DNA from: Leucoraja erinacea
Taxonomy: Eukaryota
Assembly (NCBI RefSeq): GCF_028641065.1
Contig: NC_073405.1
Coordinates: forward strand, 15,376,001-15,440,000
Direction: 5' to 3'
Length of the DNA: 64,000 nt
How positions within the stretch are numbered: position 1 is the first letter of the stretch; every line of letters starts with the position of its first letter. The notes under the pieces are model-generated. The model saw only the letters and a list, made by a program, of their open reading frames with translations. It did no database searches and was not told the origin of the DNA. The position numbers were made by a program, and so were the translations under genes. Shown here piece after piece: positions 39,601 through 51,250 of the stretch.

Positions 39601-40982
39601 TATTGACACATACTGAGATGGCACAGAAAAGAATGTTATTATATAACACGTACAATCAAACCATACACGTGCAAGATAGTGCAAAGAGAAAAATACCAGG
39701 ATACAGAGTATAGTGTTACTGTGTTTAAGTGTTACATTTACAGAGAAAGTACAAATTAAAAGTAAGATCCAAAATGAGGCATGTTGGGAGATCGGCACTA
39801 TTCCTTTAGCCAAGGGAAAATCGTTCAGCCAACTGAACAGCAGAAAAGAAGATGTTCCTGAATCTGGTTGTATATGCTTTCAAGCTTTGGTATCTTCTGC
39901 TGATGGGAGTGGGGAGAAGAGGGAATGACCAGGGTGTAAATGGTGCTCTGAGACTTTGCAAGTGTACTAATTTGATATTTGGAAATAATGATTAGATCTC
40001 GGTCGCCTTTTCTTAAGAGCCAACTGATGTCAATCATAACTAGAGTAATCAATTGTGGATATTTATTTAAGTAATGGGCTCTTTTATATTAAAAATAAAA
40101 AATAAAATAAAAAGGAGCAAAAGAAAGGTGTTAACGGTAGAAATCCCTGCCCCGTCTTATCGACGTTATCAGATTTTTTGTTGTTGTATAAATCGTATCT
40201 TCCCCTGGCAGTTTTTTTTTTGGACAATATTACAACATTTGCATCTTAATCACCTGGTCTGAATGATGGACAAACCCAGCACCAGATCAGAGTTAATTTC
40301 ATGGTCTGCAACTATATAAAAGTGTTCCTGGAAGTCTTTGCCACTAACCACAGTCTAGATGGAGTGATACCAGGTTAAAAGAGGAAATGTCCTGCTGATT
40401 ACCACCTGGCTTCTGTCAGTTGCTGAATCAGTTATCCTTCATTTGAACAATACTTAGAACAAACACTGGAAGTAGTCGGGGCAGAGAATTTAATTCTGAC
40501 AGGGAATAAAATGTAATTTACTAAAATGGACAGCACCGCCACTGCCTGATTCAGCTGGGTCTTCACTTGCTTTGTGGCAAATGGTCAGGATTATTTAGAG
40601 TTGTATCTGATGAGTGAGAGGTTTCACAACATCACAAATGAATTACTGTCAAATCTGTATAGTATCTTGTTGAAATAAAATAGCTTAATCTGCTAACTTT
40701 CCAGAGGTTTTTGCAGGTTTTACTCAATGAACTGAGATACTCACTTTAATTGGGTAATTTTTATCTGTTCATGACGAAAATGTGTGTTTTGTTCAAGTGT
40801 TAACTGAATTTAGATCTGGCTTTGAGTACAGTGTCATTCAAGCTTCTTGATGGTTTCATTTAGGACTCTGAGGAGAAAATGAAGAAAAGCCAGGATGAAG
40901 AAGAAATGAAACGCCATGCTGAGGAGGAGAAAAAGAATGATGGTGAGGAAGAGGAGGATAAAGAAAGCAAAGATGAGGAGGT

Positions 40983-41013
<31 letters not shown>

Positions 41014-41073
41014 GAAGAAGAAGAACAAGACAATGAATCAGAAGATAAAACTCTGAAAAAAGATGAATTGTGA
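22519..41073 (+). CDS. CALR3: Calreticulin, CALR3 lineage, 9 exons, 420 aa, signal peptide and C-terminal KDEL (gene span)
   Basis: Exons 22519-22609, 27035-27136, 29110-29313, 30050-30144, 31436-31645, 32758-32871, 37340-37483, 39322-39414, 40864-41073 (91/102/204/95/210/114/144/93/210 nt, the calreticulin pattern). [24 protein letters not shown] and the C19orf44 neighbour point to the CALR3 clade. Confidence 0.92.
22861..22900 (-). ncRNA. Minimal hammerhead-ribozyme motif of a Penelope terminal repeat
   Basis: Minus strand CAGT-CTGAAGA-A-GGGT-TCCG-ACCC-GAAA-T-GTC-ACC: CUGANGA core, stem II, GAAA, GUC site. Confidence 0.6.
23640..24715 (+). mobile_element. 5'-truncated Penelope-like retroelement (RT C-terminus, GIY-YIG endonuclease, terminal repeat)
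   Basis: [25 protein letters not shown]; [34 protein letters not shown]; TSD CTTT(G/A)AAGCACAGGC at 23625-23639 and 24716-24730; 30-bp tandem duplication at the 5' junction (23637-23696). Confidence 0.9.
24935..25128. mobile_element. Inverted pair of Penelope terminal repeats with a hammerhead motif on the minus strand
   Basis: Minus strand 25021-25060 GT-CTGAAGA-A-GGGT-TTCG-ACTT-GAAA-CGTT-GCC; degenerate forward copy follows. Confidence 0.7.
27035..27136 (+). CDS. CALR3: Calreticulin exon 2 ([34 protein letters not shown])
   Basis: AG/GT boundaries, 102 nt. Confidence 0.95.
27979..28530. mobile_element. Tc1/mariner (pogo/Tigger-type) MITE, 552 bp
   Basis: Perfect 23-bp TIR CAGGTGCACAACCTTTTATCCGA, TA TSDs at 27977-27978 and 28531-28532. 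Confidence 0.92.
29110..29313 (+). CDS. CALR3: Calreticulin exon 3 ([28 protein letters not shown])
   Basis: Calreticulin signature motif, 204 nt. Confidence 0.95.
30050..30144 (+). CDS. CALR3: Calreticulin exon 4 ([32 protein letters not shown])
   Basis: AG/GT boundaries, 95 nt. Confidence 0.95.
31436..31645 (+). CDS. CALR3: Calreticulin exon 5 ([22 protein letters not shown])
   Basis: AG/GT boundaries, 210 nt, P-domain repeats. Confidence 0.95.
31877..32621 (+). mobile_element. Unclassified GC-rich non-autonomous retroelement with Rex1-type 3' end; partial reversed copy at about 42407-42580
   Basis: Abrupt CpG-rich block inside an AT-rich intron; 3' end gtctgaat..(cttga)n; shared 3' hairpin with the second copy. 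Confidence 0.65.
32758..32871 (+). CDS. CALR3: Calreticulin exon 6 ([38 protein letters not shown])
   Basis: AG/GT boundaries, 114 nt. Confidence 0.95.
34265..36837 (+). mobile_element. Tc1-like transposon (same family as 13949-15154), long IR/DR-type TIRs, defective transposase
   Basis: CAGTGCCCTCCATAATGTTTG..CAAACATTATCGAGGGCACTG-TA; [40 protein letters not shown]. Confidence 0.92.
35050..35947 (-). mobile_element. 5'-truncated RTE-clade LINE nested in the Tc1 copy
   Basis: [53 protein letters not shown]; TSD GTACTTAAAAGAG(C/T)AACC at 35032-35049 and 35948-35965. Confidence 0.92.
37340..37483 (+). CDS. CALR3: Calreticulin exon 7 ([33 protein letters not shown])
   Basis: AG/GT boundaries, 144 nt. 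Confidence 0.95.
39322..39414 (+). CDS. CALR3: Calreticulin exon 8 ([31 protein letters not shown])
   Basis: AG/GT boundaries, 93 nt. Confidence 0.95.
40864..41073 (+). CDS. CALR3: Calreticulin exon 9, acidic C-domain ending KKDEL*
   Basis: Acceptor tttcatttag, Glu/Asp-rich tail, TGA at 41071-41073. Confidence 0.95.
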
Positions 41074-42212
41074 GATCAACGTACATCCAGACCTCCCTAG
41101 TCATCACTTTTTTTCCCCCCTACAATTTAACCTTTTCAACAGTGCATTCCCATACAAAATTTCAAACTGAAATGTTTCCTGCAGTTTAAAAGCTTCTTTG
41201 TTACATTCTTGAAACTACCAGCCATTATACTACAGAATTGTCTTGTCTTAGAACAACTTCAACACAATATAATTGTGTTGTTGGTGCCCTGGGAGATTCC
41301 AAATAGAAAACTGAGCCCTCTGTTTGAGAATCACAACTACTTTTTATGCCATCGTATTTAATGAAACCTTGAATTGGTTACAGTTTAACCTGCTGATATA
41401 CATGGTCTAAACATGTGCAACTGTGGCTGCGATTTGGCTTGGTGGGTGTTCCTTATTATTTCCCAAGCATTCCCCATCCTCCTCCTTTGACCCTGTCCAT
41501 CCATCATTTAAAATAAAACATCCCAGCATCTAAGGTTTCATTTGGTTGGGGAAAACCAAACTTTTCATCCTGTAGCCATCAAAATTGCAGACCAGAAGAA
41601 TCTCCACAGCAGATAGTTTGTGTTGCTACTATGGGTGGGGAGAATGTTCTGCAACATTTAAAACATTATTTTTTCCAGTGCTGCTGCATGTCTTGTCAGA
41701 CATGGTGAATGTATCACCTTGAATTAAACAGTCTGTGCTTGACCCAATAGATTGGAACATTAATGCTGTCTCGCTTCCAAAGACCAAGGGTGAAACAGTG
41801 ACCTTTTTTTTTAAATAAGGTGTGACTAACCAATATTGTCAATGACATTATGTGGTGTGTAAAAAATGACCTTTTAATCAAAAAGTTTAGTTGTACGTAA
41901 AGGATACTGGAAACCAAAATCAAGAAGAGATTTTTATTGGATTGATTCAGAAAATCAGGAGTATGTTTCATTTTAATGAGAACTGATGAATAAATAAACC
42001 ATCACATCTGAACTGCATTTAACATCAGTGCCTGATGATACATCCTACTGTCAAAATATTGTCAGGACTTGGTGTAAATAATTGCAATCTGAGGTCCCCT
42101 CTTTATTTAGTTGAGGCCTTTTAATTTGGTACATTTTTATATTGAAAAATGAAGTTTGTCTTTAAATGATTTTGTAGAATCTGAATGTATTTCCAGAGAG
42201 ACAGTTCATTTT

Positions 42213-42218
42213 AATAAA
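42213..42218 (+). terminator. Candidate calreticulin polyadenylation signal (alternatives at 41512 and 41989-41998)
   Basis: AATAAA with upstream TGTA motifs and downstream GT-rich sequence. Confidence 0.45.
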
Positions 42219-45066
42219 CCTGTACAAAAATGGGCAATAGAATTATGGTGGATTCTGTTCTCCCTGCAGTGGTACGTGGGCTTCAGTACAGCACAGATTA
42301 CTTAACATTCACCAAAAAGGAATAAACTAGAAATCTGATATGATAACAAGGGTGAAAATTCTCAGCAAATTGGGCAGCACTTTTTAGGCAAGGAGCAGAA
42401 TTAATATCAAAGTCAAAGTAGCCTTTATTGTCATTCAGACCTTATGGTCTCAACAAAATGTTGTTGCCTTGCAGTCCTACATATAGTAAAAATGACAAAA
42501 ACACACAATAAACACAAATTAACATCTACCACAGTGAGTTCACCAGGTACCTCCTCACTGTGGTGGACTGTCTTAAATATTTGTCTCATCCCTTCTTATT
42601 CTCCCTCTGTATTGTAGGTTTTTTGCTTAGGATTCTAGCATCTGTAGTTTATGTCTACAAATAGTGGCCTATCTTTCTCAAAATATCATAATTGCCATGG
42701 TACAATGTTCATCTTTCCTTAACTAAAAGAAAGGAGCACTTGCCTCCCTAAATGTTTATAACTAACAATATTCTTCTGTATCAAAAATATGAAATAGCAG
42801 AAATCCATGAATAAAGAGACAAAATGAGGGAAACTCAGCAGACCAGGTAGCATCTGTGGAGTGAGAAACAATTAACGTTCCAAGTCTGGGACCCTCTGTA
42901 AGAACTGGAAAAGAGAGAAAACAAGTTAGTTTTAAGTTGCAGGAGGGTGGGAGAGTGATAGATAAGTCAAGGGGATTATCTCTAAAAGGAAAATACTTGC
43001 AATGTGGGGAATCATCTGTGGAGAAAAATAAAGTCAACATTTTGGTTGATAACTATTCATTGAAACTTGAATCTATTTTAGTGTAGTCATCATTGCAACA
43101 CAGGAAACATTGCAATATACAGACCCCAATTATATAAAGAAATATGTTTTTTTTTTTTAAACTCAAATATGCAGATATGGTCTTGTTTTATGTTTGATCT
43201 CTCAAACAATGCTTTCAACTGCTTAAGTATTACATTGGAGTCAACTTTGATATTGTGCTCAAGTTGCTTGAATTCAGATGGTATTCATTTAGCAGAACTG
43301 ATATTTTAATAGATTCTGGGGAAACAAAGTGTGGAATGCACACAAATAGGAAGATCCATTGTGATTTTTACAGAGTGGAAATGGGAAATGTAGCATTTTC
43401 GATATATGTTTTGGAAAAGATGATGTGTTGTCTCTCAGGATGCTGGAGGCTGTATGAAAGTTAGCAGTGTTGGGAGAAAATGAAAATAACAGATAATGGA
43501 AGAGGAAGCTGAATTTAGCAATTCATAAAAGCTGAGCAATCATCATGATTTAATACCACACACATCCAAAGCACTGTATACGTGAAGATCAATGGTGGTA
43601 GCTCAAATTTCCAAGCTATTTTATGAGGCAATAAGTAAAACATATATTTAATGCTGCACACTTCTCTTTGATTTTGATTTTTGTTACATCTTTATCCAAA
43701 GGATTTCAAATTATTACATTGTTGTCGGAGCTGCAGGAATTAACAGAATGAGTGAGGCCATGGAAGGGAAATTAAAACATGGATATAATTTTTAAATCAA
43801 ATGTGTTTCTTAGCTAGAAGCTAATGTGGGTTAAGGGTGAATGGGTCTCCGTGTGAATTAGAGCAGATACTTCCAGGTAATTAATGTTGGAACAAGGAGT
43901 CTGGCCGGGAATACATTAGAACTGCCAATTCTAAAGTATTCTAACATAAAGCGGTGAGGGGGAGGGAATTGTAATTGTTTCAGGTTGAGAACCCTGCATT
44001 CTCCACAGATGCTGCTTGACCCCCATTCAACAGTTTGTGTTTTGCAGCCTAGTTCAGCCACAGACGGCTGATAGTTATATTTTCTAGAAAAGCAGTTTAT
44101 GAGATATAATCAAATATGTTTTGGACTTCCTGATGAATATTTTTCCTCACCCTAGTGTTACCTCAATAATATCAAAAACAATCTGCACATCAGAAACATA
44201 TGGCAGCACGTCTTTGGGACCACATGATTCTCTGACCACAACTGGATAGAAAGTGATTGTTCAGGCAACACCCCTCCCAGTTCTAAGTCAGTGGAAAATA
44301 ATTTGAGGAGGATTTGTGATGTCAAAGGTTACAAAAGGTCAAGAAGGGGGCAGTATAACATTTAATACCGAATTACACTTTTTGGCTTAGCTGAGCCGTT
44401 TCTGTATTGTGGCAGAGGTGGAGGTCTAATTTGAACCCAGACATGGAGAACAGTGGGAAATGGTAGATTCAGAAGGCAACATATTCAGGAAGAAAAACTC
44501 AAGATTGGAAATAGGACACTAGTTTACAAAGTTGGATTAGGTCAAGGATTGTTTAATTGAGAAGAGATGTAATGACATTTATGGACCATGGTGAGGCAAC
44601 AAACTACCAATTATATCAGCCATCAAAATAATTAGAAAGAGAATGGAACCACAAGAAACTGCAGATGTTGATTTATACCCAAAATAGATACAAAATGTTG
44701 GAGTAATGCATCGGGTCAGGCAGCATCCCTGGAGAAAATGGATAGGTGATGTTTTGAGTCGGGTCCATTCTTCAGGCTTTCCAATTAGAAAGATAAGTTG
44801 TCTGGTGTGCATTTTAACAAAAATATGAATAAAACACCAATCAACAAACTAAATGCAATTTTACTTTTCTTAAAGTAAAAGCAGTAGGGTGCGGACGAGC
44901 TTAAGGTACAGAAGGAGCCATCTGGTCAATGCTGGTTATCAGTGGAGTATCTTGATAGTCACATTATCTTTTATTTAATGCTTGTAACCCCACCCATATG
45001 TCAATCGACTACTCTAAGGTTATTTTAGTAGTTGCCTCCAAAAATAAGAAATTTACAGCTGCCCAG

Positions 45067-48000
45067 TGTAGATCAGTCACTATTCCTAGTCCATGTCGGG
45101 TGTTCGTACAGACCGTTCCTGTAGTATGTTATCTGGCGCATGTGTGCCACCCAGGAGAGGTTCTGATGGGGAGCACCGAGGTGGAATGCAGGGGCTTTGT
45201 CAGTAGTATGTATGCCTCGTGGCCATTAAACTTTTTATATGAAATTAAACAACTTGTCATTATTTCCACAACTTCATACATGGTGTCAGAAGTTTTATTC
45301 CGGATCTTCATCTGCTTGAGCTTTGAGTTTTTCTCTCTCTATTTCTCAACTAGAGAGATCGAAAAGTTTGTCTGCTAATCGAACATGGTAGGTAGTCATG
45401 CAGCAAAAAGAAAAATGTCCAGCTTTTGGTCAACAATGCTTTGCCTGTAAAAAAACCTAATCATTTCAAGAGATGCTGCAAGTCCACACAACAAATTCAC
45501 AGCAGGCAGAGACCTAAGCAGCCTGTTCACCAGCTGGAATCAGATCAAACTGACAGCAGTCTAAGGAACCTGTCTGTGTTGATGTAATACTGCAAATGGA
45601 TTATTTTGATGCACAGAGAGTAAAAAATGACAAAACTTGGTCACGGTGCAGGTTAATAACAGTTCAGTTGAAATGAAAGTAGACATTGGTGGTAAGTTTA
45701 ATGTGATGCCGAAAAAGTAATTTATGCATCTACAGGATAGCGAACAATTAAAAGCATGCAGTAAAGCCATTACCCTAATTGCATATGGTGGCATAAAATC
45801 ATACCTGTTGGAATGGTAAAGTTGCAGTGCCACCTAGGACAGTTATACACACTACCATTTTATATCGTTAAAGAGGGTGCTGTGTCACTGCTAGGGCTAG
45901 TGCATGCAAGCAAATGGGGCTGGTCTTGTTCAGCAAGGATGTTCACCAGTTGACCCCCGCTAAAGATGATCTATCACACCGATTTTTTTGCGGAATACAG
46001 CGGTCTCTTTACTGACGAGCTTGGAAAGCTACCAGTAACCTACTCGATGACACTTAGCTCGGATGTGAGACCTGTTGTTCATCCTGCACATCACATTCCT
46101 ATGGCAATGCAGGACAGAGACAAAGCTGAACTAGACAGAATGCAGGCATTGGGTGTCATCACGCCTGTGACGGAGCCAACCGATTGCGTGTCATTAATGG
46201 TTGCCACCAACAAAAACAAACAAGAAATCGAATATGCATCAATCCAAGACACCTGAATGCTGCTCTGAAAAGGTCACACCACCCCATGCGCACGGTGGAA
46301 GAAGTGGTTGCACACATGGCAAACGCAATGACATTTTCTGTGTTAGATGCTTAAAATTCCTTCTGGCAGATTCCGCTTGACTATAAGCCTTCAATGCTAA
46401 CCACTTTCAGCACTTCTTTTGGCCGCCACAGGTTCTTACGGATGCTGTTCGGACTCAACTCTGCCAGTGAGGTGTTCCATGGAACAGATTTTCGAAGGTT
46501 ATCATTGACAACGACATCATCATTGCAGGTTAAGACGTTGAAGAACATGACTGAAGAAGGGTCTCGACCCGAAACGTCACCTATTCCTTCGCTCCATAGA
46601 TGCTGCCTCACCCGCTGAGTTTCTCCAGCATTTTTGTCTACCTTTGAAGAACACAACGCTAACTTAAGAAAAGTGCTTAATCGTGCCAGAAAGGTGCACT
46701 TGAAGCTTAATCCACTCGTGCAAGTTCCAAGTGAACCAGGTCAGCAATGTTGGACACATTTTTACAAGCGAAGGCCTTAAAGCCGACGCATCCAAAACGA
46801 TGGCAATCAGTGAGATAATGGCACCGGCAGATGTCCCCGCTCTGCAACGGTTTCTGGGGATGGTCAACTACCTTGGAAAATGTATTTCCAATTTCAGTCT
46901 GCTGTTGGCTCACCTGTGCTAACTCGCACAGACACTGCTTGGACGAGGCACGAGCAGCAAACGGCATATGTCTTCCCCACCTGTTCATCTTACTATATCA
47001 ATAAGCCAGTCGCACTTACCTGTGATGCTGCACAGTATGGCCTTGGTGCAGCATGTTTGCAGGAAGTAAAGCTTGTTGCGTATGCTTCACGGACAATGAC
47101 GGACACTGAAACTAGATAAGCTCAAAATGAAAAAGAGCTGTTGGTGGTGTTTTTTGCGTGTATCTATGGCAAGCCAGTGACCATAGAAACGGACCACCAA
47201 CCACTGGTCACTATACTGAAAGAGCCCATACATACGGCACCAGCAAGACTTCAAAGGATGATGTTAAGTACAGCATTACCCTCATTTCCAAATGTGGAAA
47301 ACAAATGTACCTGGCGAACACTCTGTCTCGGGCTCCCAGGAGATCCACAGCCCAGCATGCAGCCGGGAAAGACAGTTTTGATGTCATGGTGGTCAATCAC
47401 ATTTCCTCTTCTCGCTTAGAGGAATTGGTGTTACACACAGCGGATGGCGTGACTTTGCAGACACTTACCACTATCATCAAACATGGATGGCCCAGCAAAC
47501 AATGCATGCTTCCGCATGCTATTCGCCCTTATTTTCCTTTCAGAGATGAATTAACCATTGAAGATGGGGGTCATCATGAAAGGCCACAAAGCAGTTATCC
47601 CTGTCTCACTACAAAAGGAGTATGTTGGCATCATGCAGAGGGCATCCTGGGGCAGAAGCCACGGTAAGAAGAGCAAGGGGCATCGTTTTCTGGCCTGCAA
47701 TGATGGATGATATCAACCTGGAGGTACACATGTCCGTGTGCAACAGTACAAAGTCACACCAGCAGAGGGTACCACTTCTGCTGCATCCAGTTCCAGAATT
47801 GCCTTGGTCCATGGTGGTAACAGACATCTTTGAATGGCATAATCAATGATACTTGGTGTTAGTAGACTCATATTCCGGCTGGTATGAGATTGACCTGCTT
47901 CGCACTACTACTTCAGCAGCTGTCAATTTAAAACTAAACAGGCACTTTTCAGTTCATGGAGCACCACATACTCTCATATCAGACAATGCTGGGCAGTTCA

Positions 48001-49102
48001 CGCCAGTGCTTTAAAGACTTTGCCATACAGTGGGACTTAACTCATGTTACCAGCAGCCCTGAGTATCCACAATCTAATGGGTTAGCTGAACGAGCCGTCC
48101 GCAGCGCGAAACAAGTCATGGAGAAATCTTAGAGACCGATCGGATGTTTTCTTAAATCTCAATCTCAGTATTGTGCGACGTGACACAATGTTTGGATCTC
48201 CAGCACAAAGACTAATGTCAAGGCAAACACGTACTACCCTCCCAGTCTCGAGGAAACTGCTTGAACCTCACATGTGTAACATTCAGGCGGTTCACGCCCA
48301 ACTTCTCAACAAAAGGCTGTCACAGAAACCGTGTTATGATCAATCAAGGCGAACATTTCAGCCTTTGATGGAAGGACAGGTTGTCCAGTTACAGACCCCA
48401 CAAGGCTACAACCGAACGGGCATGGTAAAGGAGATATGCCAGGAGCCTAGATCTTATATTATTCACTCAGAAGGAAAGTTATACAGGAGGAATTGCAGAC
48501 ACATTTTGCCTGTCGACGAGCTTGCACCAACATAGCAAAGTCCATGTGATGTTGCCATTGATTACCCGGATACTGGAATGGGGTCAGAAAGCGAGAATGT
48601 TCTCACAAGGAATGGACAAGAAACAATGGACTTTGAGCGGTCTCAGGTTCAGGTGCCTGTGCCGGTGGTTAAATCACCTTTGAATGCCACTGAGGGGATT
48701 TACAGGACATGCTCAGGTCGTGTCAGCAAGCCAAATCCTAAATACAAAGACTGAATATTTTCTTTACGAAATTGATTAATTGGTATAAGCGTTGCTTTGC
48801 CGTAGTTATTAGATAGCACATCATTTTATATAAGCTTTGCTAGAATTATATGTTTGCTTTAATTCATGCAGCATGAGCTAAAGAAAGAGGATGTAGATCA
48901 GTCAGATTTGTAGTCCATGTCAGGTGTTCGTACAGACCGTTCCTGAAGTATGTTATTTGGCGCATGCGTGCCAACTAGGAGAGGTTCTGACGGGGAGCAC
49001 CGAGGTGGAATGCAGGGGCTTTGTCAGTAGTATGTATGCCTCGTGGTCATGAAACTTTATATGAAGTTAAACAACTTGTAGTTATTTCCACAACTTCATA
49101 CA
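45067..49102 (+). mobile_element. Gypsy (Mag-like) LTR retrotransposon, decayed, most of gag deleted
   Basis: LTRs 45067-45280 and 48892-49102 (TG..CA, roughly 90% identical by eye); PBS TGGTGTCAGAAGT (tRNA-Leu); PPT AAAGAAAGAGGA; TSD cccag/ccaag; zinc knuckle, protease, RT (FLGMVNYL), RNase H (CDAAQYGLGA, TDHQPL) and integrase (GHPG..FWPAM, YPQSNGLAER) remnants. Confidence 0.93.
46551..46581 (+). ncRNA. Minimal hammerhead-ribozyme core in a Penelope-terminus insert (46548-46643) inside the Gypsy RT
   Basis: CTGAAGA-A-GGGT-CTCG-ACCC-GAAA-CGTC-ACC; TSD TTGAAGAACA at 46538-46547 and 46644-46653. Confidence 0.65.
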
Positions 49103-49530
49103 CCAAGTAACACACAAGCACGATTCTCTGATGTGGGCAGAAATACAGGGAGAAACCAATTAGATCACAGAATTTCTCACGCTTCCAGAACTCCTCCACG
49201 CTCTGAGTGACTCACCAATGAGAATAGTTTTCTGTCGGTGGGTTTCCCGTAAAGAACGAGCAATTTGATTTGGCTTAAGCCCATCGCACACTAATCATGG
49301 GCGGACATCCTGTCGGGGATGTTTTGAGAGGTGGAGGACAAACCCCCCCATGTTTTGTGTAACATGGTCCAGCAAAACCGAAACCTCCTAAGTCGAGTCA
49401 CAGCCGCAATGCCACCACAGCCTCCGAAGTCCGCCAGCACTGTGATGGTAAGTCCACAGGCTCTGCGACCGGAGCCCTCAAGGTCGATTCCAGTTGGAGG
49501 CCGCCAGCTCCTAGAATCTAGAATCTCCCA

Positions 49531-49630
49531 GGACTAGCTGCAGTTCCCAGGTCGGCTTGCCTGTCCCGGGACTGGCTGTAGCACCCAGATTGCCTGCGTG
49601 CCCCGGGACTGGCTGCAGTTCCCAGGTCGC
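49531..49630. repeat. Short tandem repeat, 37-38-bp unit x about 2.6
   Basis: GGACT(A/G)GCTG(C/T)AG.. units start at 49531, 49569 and 49606. Confidence 0.7.
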
Positions 49631-50249
49631 AAAAACTAATTAAAAAAAAACACGCATGTGCGTATTTTGGGTTATGTTGCAGACCCCTGTCCTAGATGTT
49701 AGGCCTCATTCGGCTCATCATTGGACTTTGGTGAATTTAGAAGTTCCACGGCTTCACAGACAGTGACTTTGCACAGTACGCATTTTGTTTATGATTACTT
49801 TGTTTATTTATCTGTGAAGTGAGCGTGTATTAACTTTATTTTCGGGAATTAAGTTTTAAATGGGCAGAAACAAACTAAAGAGGTATCAAGTTAGATTCCC
49901 AACTTCTAAGCTTAAGTTAAACGTTGTAGCTTGTCGTAACTTGTCGCGGGTGGACATAAGTTTACTTCAATTGTCGTAGGTTGTCTCCTGCGTGGTAGTA
50001 GGTTGTTGCCTGTGTGGTCGTAGGTGGACGTCCCAATTCGCGAGGAATTGTGTCGCCGGTCGACGTAGCTTGTGGTAGCTTGACGTCGACTAAGTGGTAG
50101 CATGTCGTAGACATTGTCGTGGAGTGGGTCCAGATTTCTCACTCTCAACTCTCACCCAATGTTGGCAGGTCTTAAGTAGTCATTGACACGAATAGTTCCA
50201 TGACACGAATAGTAGTTAATGGCTGAATGCAGGAAAGGAGGTAAGGTTT

Positions 50250-51250
50250 GATCACAGCTGATCCAAAGGGCCCTCGCACCACCGGCTGCTGCTGACGTCA
50301 CGCTGGAACCCCTCCCTTCCCGCTTCGGTGACGCCAGAGCGCCAGCCACTTGTGACGTCATGCCGGTATCTGCCGGCAGGCGGCCGCGAAAATACAACTA
50401 GAAAATGGCCGAGTGCTGGCTGTTTATCCAAAAGTTAAAGCTGCTCGTTTCGGCGGTTGAATGGGAGACTTTTGCTTAATTTTTCAACACGCCAAGGAAA
50501 GGTTTACAAACACCTCGTTACGGTCCCGCGCCAGGAAGACCGAGAGACTACATACTTATCCAAGCACTAACGGTCTCCGTCTCCAAGATGGCGGCGGTGT
50601 GTCGATCACGTGCTGTGTCCGGACCGCGGAGCGGCGAGTCACAGGTGACGTTGCGCTGAGAGCGCGTTGGACGCTGTGCGTGCTCGCTCCCCGCCGACGA
50701 CGTGCGGCTCTCGTGGCGGCGGAGGTGCGCACACCGCGGCGCGAGGACACTTACCCCTCCTCTCTCGGTTCCAGCGTGATGACGCAGAATTTTGGGCGCG
50801 AGGACGCGTGGTGGCATCGGGAGCGCGCACGTTGACACTCTGAGTGACTGAGCGGCTGCAAGGGGTTAGACGGACCGAGAGCGGGAGAGGGAGACGATGC
50901 AGATCACGCTGAAGACCCTCCAGCAGCAAACCTTTCGCATAGACATCGACTCTGAGCAGACGGTGAGTCCATGTGGTCTGCACTAGGCCCTGCCTCTCGG
51001 CCTCAAGACGCGTGAAGTCGGAGTAGAGGGCGGGTGCAAGAAGAGACGCGGCGCATTCGGACCAGGCCGCGGTAGCAGATAGGAGAGCGGCGGTGTAGGC
51101 CTGGGCCTGGATCAAAAATGGCCAGTCTATTGATGGAGTGAGGAGAAGACTGCAAGCGTTGGACTGGCTTACAGCCCGTGGGAGCGGCTGGCTGAAATTG
51201 GACCTTTCGTTCACCAGGGGTTCGGGGCGCGTGCATCCATAGGATACTTC
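50250..51250 (+). promoter_or_regulatory. CpG island promoter of the RAD23 gene
   Basis: High CpG density; full CREs TGACGTCA at 50293-50300 and 50353-50360; YY1 motif CAAGATGGCGGC at 50584-50595; E-box CACGTG near 50607; ARE-like TGACnnnGC at 50646-50654 and 50845-50853. Confidence 0.8.
50897..50962 (+). CDS. RAD23: RAD23 family UV excision repair / ubiquitin receptor, exon 1 (MQITLKTLQQQTFRIDIDSEQT)
   Basis: RAD23 UBL N-terminus; donor ACG|gtgagt; 66 coding nt as in RAD23B. Confidence 0.93.

Noticed and set aside
40834-41107. Poly-Phe/poly-Leu minus-strand ORFs
   Set aside because: Antisense of the (GAA)n acidic tail of calreticulin
49531-49630. CRISPR-like array
   Set aside because: Eukaryotic tandem repeat with no unique spacers or cas genes
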